DNA of 64,000 bases from Bugula neritina. Its lineage: Eukaryota; Animalia; Bryozoa. The stretch spans positions 10,282,722-10,346,721 of the forward strand of contig OZ037766.1 of assembly GCA_964035545.1 (NCBI GenBank), read 5' to 3'. Below the pieces are notes generated by a model. The model made no database searches. It was not told the DNA's origin and worked only from the letters and a program-made list of their open reading frames with translations. The stretch's first letter is position 1. Every line of letters starts with the position of its first letter. Positions 1 to 13,314 of the stretch are shown here, piece by piece. The position numbers and the translations under genes are program-made.

Positions 1-896
1 TGATAACAGAATAACCAGCTAACTATACGCAAGTAAATAACTCACGCTCAGTAATTGCACAAATTACTACAATATTTAAATTTATTGAAGATTGTCTGTT
101 ACATAGCTCTGTCCTGGTAATAGTAATAATAAAATAATATTAGTATATGTACTCTTAGCTAATAATGGTTACATGAATCAGCAAAATGTTTTTCCTAATG
201 CTACAACCTTATAGAAGCATCTTCCTTCATAAGCTCAAGTCATCACGGCTAGTAGTTCGTTTATTCAAGATCTTGTTCTAATTTACTTTTATTTGTTTGG
301 ACTTCTATCAATTTAAAGCAATTATATTAATTTCTAAAAATATTATTTGAATAACAAAACTAATTCAAAATCATTAAATGCTAGCCATCAGAAATTTGAG
401 TGTACAATGTCGTATCTATAAAATGTCAAGTTTAGCTACGAATTCCTGTACAAGCATAAAGAAGATAGGCATGTATGCTTTGGGTTTTCATTGATAACTT
501 GATGTATATACATGTGAAGGTGGTCATACTTACAGCTGATTGGTTGGGGTTTGTTTATACACATGGTATACACCCTTAATCAACTCTGGTTAAGTCAAGG
601 ATATACAGTCGGTAGTTAGGTAGTATGTTAAAGACCAACACTTTATCGTGACAAATAGTAATAATATATATTATGTATTTAGTCTAAACTCTAAAATAAT
701 TATACACGTAGCTGTTGAAAGCATTCTCACAACTGTCTGTTGAAAAGTTAAGTTGATTATTGAGTTGGTAGTTGCAACAAATAACTGGTTGACTAATGGA
801 CCCAAATCTCTAAGGGCCTGCTATGTGTGACCAACAACTGCCACCTAATTAGAATGGTCAAGAGTAAATAAAATATTCAAGCTGATGTCTTTGTAG

Positions 897-3800
897 TTGG
901 TGAGAAGGATTTGAAATGCTTTGACGATAATGCCTGGGTGCTGAGCAGTTACCGAGTTTGGCGTTACGCGAGAAGTACCTGCAATGAAACGTTGGGGGAC
1001 TATTTCTATTTGTTTGCAAACTTTCTCTATGACGTGTCTACACCTGTGAGTAGTTTCATTTAGCAAATATTCTGTTTGACCTACTTTTACAAAGTGTTAC
1101 CTCATTGAATACAAATAAAATACAATGATGAGGTAGTTTAAAGAAAACTTATCTAGCCTGTTCGCTAGCGGAAAATTCTTATGTATGAAGTTTGTTGACC
1201 ATATAGGGAAAAAGCAATTTAGCTTATAAAATATTTGCGTAACTAATTATATTTCCTAGATTATGTTGTTGTAATTTTTTGCTCTTTAATTTTTGATATT
1301 TCATGCAATCATGTAGGTACTTTTTTATCTAAATATTTTAGTTTAATGTTATACACTTAGAGTACATAATAATGTAGATATATGTAAATTATACTATAAA
1401 TTTGTATTTAGTGATATTAATTTTATTTAGCTTGCCATATGCCCAGGTTCAGAGTAAATGCAATAAGTCTCAACTACACATGAGTAAATTAAGTATAATG
1501 ACATTATTCTGAACATATGTTCTCATAAATCTTTATAACATTGATATTACTGACATATTAGTATAAGTAAATTCAATAGCAGTATGGGATTATTCTATAT
1601 ATTTAATGCATAGTTGTATTTCAAAGCTTTTCATTTTAAGCTGATCTCCAGAATGTTGATGCTGTCATAATTTTTCTGACCCTAATATCTACAAATTAAG
1701 CAACTGGGGAATTTTTTTAACAAAAAGTAATTTTTGGTGCCTTGATGTTCTAAATAAGTGCATTACACTTAAATATTTACTTAGAATTGATTGTCTAAAA
1801 ACCCTGAATTAAGATCATCTACAAACATAATTAGTTACTTACCTTGAAGCTATATTATGAATAATTGATGCAAGTGAAGATTTCTATGTATGATGAGCAC
1901 TATATAAAATTGTAAAGAAAGATATATGTTAGATATATATACACACACAGCCTATATATACATACATACTTGTGTGTATATAAATATTGATTGCTATGTA
2001 TATTGCTTCACTATATGCTTTTGAGCAAATTAACAAGTTTTTCATGTATTTGGTGTTTTTATAACATAAAAGGAATTTTGCATTCAATTTTCTCTCAGTT
2101 TTTTACTAAGCAGTACATTAGGTTATTTTCTAAGCTATGGAAAGTTGTTCTTTATTACTACTCATATTATAAGCCTTTGCAATAGTGGTATTTAGCAGGA
2201 TGGCAATGTATAACTATATAGGAGTCTTCAAACAAAGTTTACAGAGTTTAAAATGCTTTATCAATCAAATTTAGTCCCATGGTTTTGGATATTTCTCAAT
2301 ACAAATTTATGTAGATTCTATTGTCTAAAAATAAAGTAAACGGTAGATTGATAAGTTGATGAGTTTAATTTGAAAGAAAATCTTACGAAACTTTTAAGTT
2401 CTCAATGTAAAACATTTTATAAAAGTGTGTTATAACTTTTACCTTCCAGTTTTTACTTGTTAAATTTTGGGCCTCTGTCATTTGCTGTCCGCAATAAGTT
2501 TAAGACAGCAAAATGATCTATTAAGCTTGACATATATTCAATATTATCAGTTATTTTGACAGTCATGCACATTATATCTAACTTGGTTAATGGATAAAAT
2601 TGATTTTTGGTAAGCATTCCTATTGGGACTAATAGAAAATTACTTTGCACCGTATGGCATCCTCAATTGGTCAACATCTCATTATACAGGCACAAGCTTA
2701 TATTTATTCAAATGTAATGGATTAGCCTTCTTAGAGCTGCTTCAGCTCCTTATGGCCAATGAATCTTGGAAGTCAAGTTGACCAATCGATGAATTATATT
2801 TATATAATAATATCAAAATTCTAGGTATAGGCTTTAGACTCATAGAATGCCAGTTGGTTCTTACACTTGTTTTTTTACTACTACCGAAGTTTGTGTAATT
2901 TTAAGGTTCCATTAGAAAAGTATTAAAGCATTAATTGTAAAAAACATTATTGACTTCATACGTAGAAGCTGAGTGCATCCAATGTACTCAGTTAGATTTG
3001 TTTAGGGAATTGAGGCTAGTAAATTAACCATACTCAATAAAAATGCTTATTATTTTACTACTAGAAGTTAATTGACAATGATTGTTGATAGTAGCATCAG
3101 CTTGGAAATTGATTAACTGTTTTTAATAATCATAGGGACTAGAAATTATGGAGTGCAATGTTTCCTCAGTCAACACTGATTTATTTGATGATACTACACT
3201 CCATCTTCCAAAGCAGCTAAAGAAAGGTTTGTTATATTTTATTGTCGTTAACTCTATTAAGATTTATCAAACAAAATTTTATTCTTAATAATAATAAAAA
3301 GTTAATCTGAAGAATAGACTCTGAAAAGAACTAAAAAGATTATTACTAATTCTTTATTATTGTCTTACATTTTATAATTATAATTATTATAAGTTTAAAC
3401 TTTAGACCTGTAGTTTGACAGCAACAATTTTATTTTTTCTAGTACAGTAAACCTCCTGCTGCATTTTTTGCTATGATTTGAGTCCATGTTGCACATAAAA
3501 CTGTTTTGCATTCGTTCCAACTAAATTCTGATTAATGCATTTATAATTAATAATATGAGTTATATCTGTTTTTTAAATTCTCTAGAAGCTAAAGAGATAA
3601 TAAATTAAATATAGACATTCTTATTTAAAATTTGGAAAGTGTTAGCTGCCTGGGCAGTGGGATAGCATAGCTTGTAACTAAGCAACTGAATCTACTATAA
3701 TAGTACTCTTAAATATGATTATAAAAAAGTTAACTGATGTTCAACCAACAGTAATATTATTATGATTAGAGTTGTTGGCCAATATCAACACCAACATAAA

Positions 3801-6800
3801 TACTTATAGCCTATTATGCTTTATTTTAAAAGATATTTCCGCAAAAACATGGCTGTTGAAACCACAGTTAAAATATGAAACATAATATTCAGATGGGGAC
3901 ATTTTTGACAAAATAATTTTCTTTGTGTATTCCTTAGAAAATTTTTATGCAGTATTTATAAATAACAGTTACTATGAATCTTATAAAGAGATGCGCTTGT
4001 GCATAAATTATTCTATATTTCTACTCAGCTAGTTAAAGTATGTCAGTTTTGCACATTTCATCACATCCAGGCTTTTCTGAGTATGCAACTTGCATTATGC
4101 AACACACTCTGGTTTTCAAAAAAAGCTGGTAACTTAAAATAGCCATAATTTTGAGAAAATATCTTCTCAAACGTTGAGAAGAGCCTTTAAAATTCTAGAT
4201 AATCAGAAAAATAATGAACTATATTGGTTTCACTCAAAATAATGTATTTGTAGTAATCATTTCTTTTCCTATGTCAGTAATGAAACTTACAATTGATGCA
4301 AATATTATTTTTAAACCAATTACTGTTAAGATATGAAAGAGTGCTAGGAAGCAAAAAACTTTTAATTGTTCTAAAATTAATAAGCACTTCTAAAAATGTA
4401 TTATAATATGTTTCTGTGGTACTTTGGCTAAACATGTGAGTAACCCCTCTACAATATAATTGTTTAAATTATAAAAGTTCTAGGTTTGCATATACAAGTG
4501 TATAAAGACAGATAGTCTATGATTATCACATGTACTATAGATCTCACCCCCATGATGTTTGAGTTACCCTACATTATCATTGGGGTCCTCCTCTTTGGTA
4601 TACTGATCATCATAGTAGTCTTCATATGCTGGAGGTTAAAAGGGCATCACAAAACCTCTAAATACACCTCCAATAAGGCTTCTTGGCATGTAAACAGCAA
4701 GGATATTGTACTCTTTGAATGCAACGACCCTGGTCTAGAGGATACAAGCAGTCTATACTTACAGGTAGATTTACTTGCCTCTGTGCTAAAGAAACATTCA
4801 CACAGAAACATACTTACATAATAACACATTTTATTATGAGAATTATATTATAGCATTGTATAAGTTTTATGGTCAAGAGTAGGAATAGAAACTATAAGTG
4901 TTATTCTTCAGGCATCAGAGTTTGTGACCGACAGCGAGAAACTAGATGCAGCTGTGAAGGAATTTACCACAGACTTTGGTCACTTCAAGGATCAGCCAGT
5001 TTGTTTGAAAAAAATCATAATAAAAGACTTTCAGCCTACAACTCAGCAAGAGAAAGAACTAGAGCTTGTAAGTTTTGTATCACTATATTGTAAAGGTTAT
5101 AGTTATAGGTTAATGAGCATGTGCACATATATGCATGTGTTAATGTGCTAATGCACTGAAAGTTATATTCTAATTTGCTAGTAGAAATATGTATTCCTTA
5201 TAACTTTTGGTGACTAGAGAATAAAGTAGATGTAAATGTAAATAAAAAGGTGTGCCTCTACTATCAAATATAGTTTGGGGGAAAAAAATTTTTAAGACAA
5301 AATATGCCAATATTTGACTGTCAATATATAGGATGAGTGCATAGCAAAGGATGACATAAACAGATGGACTAGCCTTCAACCTACTTCGTATAAAATATAC
5401 AGTGTATAAAATATACAGTGTATAAAATACCTACATTGTATATAAAATACATTGTATATAAAATACATTGTATATAAAATACATTGTGTATAAAATACAT
5501 TGTATAAATTGCCTACTAATGATGCAAGAAGAATGTCTCTAAGCTAGCAATATAATATCAAGACTGTACTCTAATATTTCTGCTGCAGATGGTGGGCACT
5601 CATCATGAGAATCTCGCTACATTCTTTGGAGTGTGTATCAAACCTTCCCACATACTGCTGATCACTCAATACTGTATTAAAGGAAGTCTGGAGGTAAGCA
5701 ATTTGCTCCATATGTTGCATGTGTTGCATTAATTTTCAGATTTTCTTACTCTGATATTGTGTTACAGTGTTGCTTGTTATCAAGCTGACATTTTTAAACT
5801 TTGTCTTTGTACAATACAGGAGATTTTTCTGTTTGAACCGGTGCATATGGATGAGACCTTCATAGCATCTATAGTCATGGACATTGTAAGAGGAATGACG
5901 TATATACATAAGAACTGTCAACTTGGTGTCCATGGTAATCTTAAGAGCTCTAACTGCCTTGTCACTGGTAGATGGGTTGTGAAACTCTCTGGGTTTGGTC
6001 TCTCAGGTTTACGGACTAAGCACAGGGAAGACAAAGGTATAACACTACATGAATAAAAACTTTTATATAATGTTGGATATTACTACAATAAGCAAAACCT
6101 CATAACAAGCAATTAACTTAAACAAATATTTAATGTCGCTTCCATTAAAGCCGGCATTGCAAAAATATATACTATGCAGCTCTCGTATTTATTTACAAAT
6201 TGTTAAAAATTAAATAATTAATTAGGCATTAAAGTAAAGTTAGATATTTTATCATTTGTTTTTTATAAACGGAATATAATATTTAAATTACATAAGTTTC
6301 TTCCTTATTATAAATTCCTTGTATAGATTACTTAAAATATAGAAATAAGCTGTGTGATGACTGTGTACTTAATGTAATTACCTGCAGATCAGCTGTGGTG
6401 TGCACCTGAGGTGATCAAACATTCAGAAGTTGCTTCTCAAAAAGCTGATGTATATTCCTTTGGAATTATACTGTATGAAGTGATTGGAAAGAGGGGGCCC
6501 TTTGGGAAAGGCTATGCCTTTTCAGTTCAAGAGCTAGAAGGTATGTCAAAATAGTATATGAATTAAAACATATATAAAAAACATTAGCAGCACAAACCCT
6601 CTAAAACATAATGCATATAGTGTATTATAGCATATAATAAGCATTCCATATAAAAACATGCAACACACTCTGAAAGATCGAAGGTTTTAGCTCAAAATTT
6701 TCTTTAATAAACATTTCAAGTGTGCTTCAAGTGTTTTTATTGACAATAACTTTTCTATAGTCAAACAGTTGCTATTCCTTGAGTTATACAAGTCAACAGA

Positions 6801-9800
6801 TTGACATGTATTTCAATTGTTATGTGCTGATAGATTATAAGTCAACCCTATAGTGACAGCTGATTAGATTTTTATAGCATGTTTAGAGGCTTTACTTCTT
6901 GTGCACTTTTCTTTTGTCTTTTTCCCAGGTGTAGTGCTCTTGTGTACTTTTCTTTAATTTATCTTCAGTCACAAAGCTTTTCCTTGAGGTTTGTAGTTTG
7001 CTGCACTGTAGAATTAGATTATATATAAGTTTAGATAAGAAACTTATAACATGCTTTGTGAGTTGATATAACTGATTCAGGTAGACTTTAGCATCCCTTA
7101 GGAAATATCATTGATTGCAGTACTACCTTCAGTGATGTAACTTTAATCGGTCAATGAACAGTTTAAATGTATTTATATTTTTCTTATAGTTTTAATTAAC
7201 CCAATCGCATAATAATAAAATGCTTTAAATAATGTACTTTATATACATATAATTACCCGTATTTCCTGAATGTATTAAATCTTAGTGCATGACCATGAAA
7301 CTTCAGTTCTACCCTGGCTATTGCCTGTTTATTACTTTGGCTCTATTTATAGCTTTAGTTCTTAACATAAGCGAAAACCTCTACCACCCAGAAACATCCT
7401 GGCTATGCTGTGAAGATTATTTGAAGAATATAATGCTATCATGCTGGCAATGTCCCCCAAGACTTCGTCCGGATTTTCCTTCCCTGAATAACCAGCTAAA
7501 ACCTCTTCGGGCCATCATGTGAGTTATCTCACCTTGCTATTACTCATTAGTCTATTTTCAACTTATACAAGGACGGTTCATGTATTTCCTATAACCACCC
7601 CACAATAATAAACTAAAAAATGTTGTTTTAGTTTAATATCAAACAAACATTAATTGATTGTTTATTCCACTATGTAATTGTTACAAAGTGATTGCATTAT
7701 TATTTAACTGTAAGTTTGGAATAACTTTTCAATCTCATATTTTGTTGTTTCAAATAAAGATGTATAATTTTTGTTGTTGAAAAGCTGGTAAATAAATGCT
7801 TTAATTTGCAAAAAACTTTTTAAGGTTTTCAGTTTTACATTATAATAATGGGGGGGGGGGGAATTCATAGGCTGCATAAATAAAGAGTAACCAGGCTAGG
7901 ATTGGACACCTCAGGCTATCAAGTTGAAAAACCTGCCTCTTAGATCCAATAAACAGTTCTGAATAGATTCTGAATAAAACAGTTTTATAGAATATTGGCT
8001 ATTTTTAAATAAATCAAAACTAAATAGGCACTGCATCATTGCATATCTATTTTAGCAGTTACTTTTTACAAATTATAAGGCTAGCTGAAAATACTTATTA
8101 TTTCAATCCAAAATAAGTCTAACTATTAAGGTCTTCCATTTCTTATGATAACTATTAATGGAACTTTTTTTGCATCAATTGTGTGGAAATTGTTCTAAAT
8201 CATATTTTTAGAGTGAATTTGATTCTTTTGGGAAATATATTTCTTGAACCTCTATAACTCGAATAATTGAATATAAATAAAATATTGCTCATATACGCAG
8301 GATATGTTACTATATCTAGCACTGCTATAGGCCATATACCTGTTAACAACATATCTCAAATATTATGAGCTAGTAAGTTTATGATCTTTAGGTTTGTATT
8401 ATTGTACAAAGCTAAAACAATTTTTATTTTTAGTCTAGTAAAATGGTTTTTTTATACCTGGTCTAAATTTTGTTTAATGATTACCCAATGAATGCAGGAA
8501 TGGGCGGTCTATTGTGGATAACATGCTAGTCATGATGGAACGATATCAAATGAGATTGGAAGATTTAGTTGAGGAAAAAACCTCTCAGCTTCAACTGGAG
8601 AAAAAGAAAACAGAAAATTTGTTACACAGGATGCTGCCACCGTATGTATCCTTCTAGAAAATTCCAAATGTATAAAGACATATTAATTTCAATTTGTCTG
8701 TAGTTGTAGAATTTCTCATATTTTTGAAAAAAAGTGTTGTAGTAGCTGGATTAATTCATACTTACATAAAAAAAGGTTGTATTTTTACTGCTGACAGCAC
8801 CAAGACAAATTAAAAATAAAGGGAATTTCAAAAAAGATTTTATTCTAATAAGAATACTTTAGCAAATAAAGTGAGGCTTTCACTAAAGTGTTGAAGTTTC
8901 TTCCTAACTGCAGCTAATCTAAATATCATTGAACTGAAGTTACATGCTATCTGATAGGAGAAGGTGCTGTTTTAGGCAAGTTGCCGATCAGCTGATATCT
9001 GGAAAGAAAGTTTTACCAGAGAGTTATTCTTGCATAACTGTCTTCTTTTCTGACATATGCGGTTTCACCAACCTTGCTTCTACTTCAACACCCATTCAGG
9101 TTAGTATAAACTTGTTTTAAATCCAGTGTTGCAGCCAATGGACTCTGTAGAATTAGAGACAGGAAAACAGGCATTGCATAGTTGTAATGCCTAATAAGTA
9201 ATTATGAAGTGTTGCTTTTTTGTAGTTGTGATTTTTGTGGAATTAAAATAGGTGTTTCCCAAACTAATTTTTTGTAGGCTGAAATTTAATTGGTATAGCA
9301 ATAGCTATTTTGTGAAGCAATAAGGAATTTAGTTTAAGTAGTTGACACCTTCTAATTATAAAAACTATCTGGGGGTGAAAGCCTTTGTGTGAATAGCAAC
9401 TTCAATGTAATAATGTAATAATCGATAATTGTATTTAATAATCTAAAATTTATTGATTTGTTATTTAACCAAAATGTAATATATGTTGAGATATTACCAA
9501 CTTTTGATTTAAAAAAAGAAATGTTCAAATTCTAGTTTTCACATAAGAAAATGATTAGTTCTATGCATAAACTTTAGTCATTGTTACGTCAAATTTATTA
9601 AAAAAGGTATTAAATTGTATGTAGGTTAGAAAGCAGAGTGGAATAAGATTATTAATGGTGTGAAGGGTGTTTATGTTATGCGTTTGCTTTGATAGACTCA
9701 GAGACCATTGAGAAATTAGTATTTATTAATTGCTCTAGATATTAAGGTCCACTCTAAGCATATAATAGATCTACAAACACAAACTGACTACTATGAATAA

Positions 9801-12454
9801 CATGAATTAAAGAGTATCACTTTGAATGAACAGCAAAAGTTTTGTTTCTGCCACATTTGCTTATACACACATGTGCTTGCAATGTACTAAATTTCATGTG
9901 TTGCCTAATTGCATTGTTTTCAATCAACAAAAATTGGAAACAATTTTTCCCTTTTTTTTCATAATTGGTATTTCATGTTATTTTCTTCATATTTTACTTA
10001 GTTGGTTTTTTAGTTGTTGACAACCTCAGAATTGTGCTGCAAAATGCTTTAGCCAAAGAAATTACCTATAGATGGATTTGGAGAGTATTTACTTAGGCAG
10101 TTGCATATTATTATCCACTTCTTTACTAAAACATGTAGGTTTCAGCTTCCATGAAATAATCTTTGTAATTACATATAAAAATTGTACAGCGTAGCTCATG
10201 TAATAATATGTCCAGTTATTTGATAACCAGTGTACATGTGATCCCATATGGTCTAGGGGTTAGGATTCCTGGTTTTCACCCAGGCGGCCCGGGTTCGATT
10301 CCCGGTGTGGGAACATCTTTTTTGTTATTTTGAAGAACAAAATTGTCATATTGTTTGTATTTTTTTAGGTTATTCGGCTGTTAAATGACCTTTACACACT
10401 TTTTGATTCGATTATAAAACACTATGACGTGTATAAAGTAGAGACAGTTGGTGATGCATACCTTTGTGTGTCTGGTTTACCAAGACCAAATGGAGATAGG
10501 CATGCTGCAGAAATTGCATTGATGGCTTTGGAATTCATGCAGTCACTTAAAACTTTCCAAATAAGACACACTGTTGATATCAAAACAGAATTGCAAATGA
10601 GAATCGGTAATATGCCATCTACAGAGAATTTTTGTGTGCGCAATACATTTATTCGATAGGATAAATTTACTGATATTTTGTATCTTAATTTGATGAATTT
10701 AGCATAATATGGTTAGCATAGAAACACAAAATATGGTTATTAAATTAAATTGCATTATTTCACTTCAGGGATTCACTCTGGACAGTGCGTAGCTGGTGTA
10801 GTGGGGGTTAGCATGCCACGATACACTTTGTTTGGAGACACTATCAATGTTGCATCGCGATTGGAGACAACTAGTGAACGTAAGCATTCACTAATGACAT
10901 AGCTAATCAATTATTAATAGCACTCAGAGTTACAAGTTACAACATATTGTAATTGTATATGTGTGGATGCAGTGCAGCCTATACTGCAACAAGGCACACA
11001 TGTTGAAACACTATTGTAATTTGTAAATGATAGATTTGTGCCACTATAAGAGTGTAAAACTAAAACAGTATATATCATAAATTGCATGAAATCACACAGT
11101 TTGCTCTTTAAGGCTAAAACTCAAAATAATATCATTCTACCAATACTAGTAAAAGTTACTGACTATGGACAATGATTTGATCAGCAAGGACTCTCAACTT
11201 TAAGACTGATGTGGTTGAAAGAATGGTTTTTCAAGGCTGATCATGACACTGTCAGAATAGACATCTGTCTGAAGCATTAATAAACTACAATTTGTATATT
11301 ATAATAACACAAGACACTTATAGATCATAAATATGCTTTTGATAATTATTGTCCCAGTATTTTATTCTATTGCAGCTATGAAAATACAAATTAGTCAGGA
11401 AACAAAAAATCTGTTGGACAAACAGGAAGGAAGTTTTACATGTGAGAAAAGAGGAGCTGTTGATATAAAGGGTAAAGGTGTGTGATCTAGTTAAAAGAAA
11501 ATAACTTTAAAATAATTGTATTCTTGCCATGGAATAATGACTGGTTTCCCAAAGTATCCCTCTCAGCTCCACCAGTTAAGACTTGGAAATAGGTCAGAGT
11601 TCATCTTAATGATTGTGGTCAGTTTCAACATGCCAATTACTGCTTTCCTATGTTCAACCATTGTAAGATGATGAACTAAATATGCTAAGCCAAATTTCTT
11701 AATGTGTAGCCTTTACATAAGAGAAGACAACTACACAACATTCAATTAGACAAATGGTTGCAGTGATCACAACTTTCAGATCAAACTGGCTAAGGTCGAT
11801 CTGAGGTCGACACATGAGAAACCAGTGAACGGCTATGAATCACTTTGAAAAAATTGATATGCTCACTATCTACTTGCAACAGCATCCTTACTACCTATAA
11901 TACTTTTAACTTATTACTAGAAAATTGTTTTTAATTATGCCTGCATTTTTTGGCCACATACAGGGAATTCCAGTATAGTTCTAGAAATCTTCTGCTTCTG
12001 TGTAGGTGAAATGCTAACTTGGTGGCTCTTGAGTTCATCTTCCCTCCTTACTACACACATGAACTACACTCAACTGTCCGTAATAACAGACACTTTACAG
12101 CTACCAGGGGCTTGTGGTGAAGGTAGTCGCCCATCAACATCCAGCAGTGATGTTGAAAATATGCTAAGGACAACTAGGCAAATCCGATCAAGAAGCAATT
12201 CAATCAAGTCTCACAGCTCTTCATCAAAATCTGCTCAAACGTTTCAGCGAGCAGGCTCTTTTAGACAAAAGATTAAAAGTGAATCTCTTAGTTCTGAAGA
12301 CAATATTGCTAAAATGGGAGGAGCTCCGTCACCAGGTCTAATGCCCATGAGCGAAGAGAAAGTTAGATTACTAAGCAGAGAAAGATCACACAGCCCGAAA
12401 TCATCTCTTGTTGCACCTGCTAATATAATCATACAAATTGACCAAGCCATGTAA
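897..12454 (+). CDS. Receptor (single-pass membrane) guanylyl cyclase; 5'-partial, multi-exon
   Basis: Phase-compatible GT-AG exons: 897-1045, 3136-3226, 4541-4764 (TM helix [20 protein letters not shown]), 4912-5067, 5589-5693, 5820-6036 ([10 protein letters not shown]), 6388-6540 (LWCAPE...[12 protein letters not shown]), 7353-7518, 8498-8641 (coiled coil ending LLHRMLP), 8976-9099 (FFSDICGFT), 10369-10606 ([10 protein letters not shown]), 10769-10879 ([31 protein letters not shown]), 11376-11477, 12006-12454 ([11 protein letters not shown] then a Ser-rich tail). This is the TM/kinase-homology/cyclase layout of NPR-like GCs. The two upstream-most exons are less certain. Confidence 0.93.
5388..5508. 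repeat. ~16-bp minisatellite (TATAAAATACATTGTA-like), about 7 copies, intronic
   Basis: Tandem units gtataaaatatacagt / tataaaatacattgta are directly visible. Confidence 0.85.
10242..10313 (+). tRNA. tRNA-Glu (TTC), inside a guanylyl cyclase intron
   Basis: TCCCATATGGTCTAGGGGTTAGGATTCCTGGTTTTCACCCAGGCGGCCCGGGTTCGATTCCCGGTGTGGGAA forms a 72-nt cloverleaf with anticodon TTC and a GGTTCGA B-box. It closely resembles the standard animal tRNA-Glu(TTC). A T-run terminator follows at ~10318-10323. Confidence 0.97.
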
Positions 12455-13314
12455 ATGTTCTGTGCAATACATTTACACATAAGATTTTATTACAGTATGA
12501 TTTTTTTCAAGTTCAAGTGCACCAAACTACATACTTAGGCTGAATAGATATAAAATTGTTTCTTTAGCATCTTATAGGCTTTATTCAAATACACAGTTTC
12601 AAAATTTTGTTTTCACCATTAAAATACTATCATACAATTTGATGAATATAATATACTGAAATACTAAAGGTAATGTTTATAGAAGACAATTCTCACTAAT
12701 ATTCTTATTATTTATAATTATTCATTTTGGCGTTGACTAACATAACCTATTATACAAGCATAATACAATATGTTGAATTCAGAATAGCATTTTAATGATC
12801 TAACATAAAAGTTTGCTAAATAACAGAGCACTATAAGATTTGTTAAATTTAAATGGTAATAAGCTAAGACTTTGAATTTTTTTAAATGAGTACTAAAAAA
12901 TTGACTACCTAAAATGCTATAAATTAATTGGCAGCCTTATCAAAAAAGAGTTAGCAATAGCATACAGATTGCACTGCTTTTACAGTATAGAAGGTAAAAA
13001 AGCTACAAATTGTAAAATGTGTTGCTTACGTAAAACTGCAGCACATGGAAAAATTCACTGCTATTCCTAGGATCTTAGTCTAAGAAATATTAATAAACTC
13101 AATTGGCTTCCAGTGCAATAAACCTGAAAAAGACCCCTTGAATAGCAACCAAATCTCCAAGAGTGAAACAGCATTTTCAACGGTGTTGGCAAAAACCTTC
13201 AATGGAACATAAATCAATGATACAAATTTAATCTACAATCCTTTTAAATACAGTTTTGAATTTTATGCATTGCATATATTTGTCAGCTAGCTCAACACCC
13301 TGATAATTTGTGAA

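Noticed and set aside
7850-7861. G12 homopolymer as a G-quadruplex or regulatory element
   Set aside because: An isolated intronic homopolymer of uncertain length with no supporting context.
8646-8653. GTATCCTT, a U12-type donor consensus near a cyclase exon end
   Set aside because: The U2 donor 4 nt upstream (CC|GTATGT) preserves the conserved frame MLPP-QVA. I found no acceptor compatible with the U12 site.
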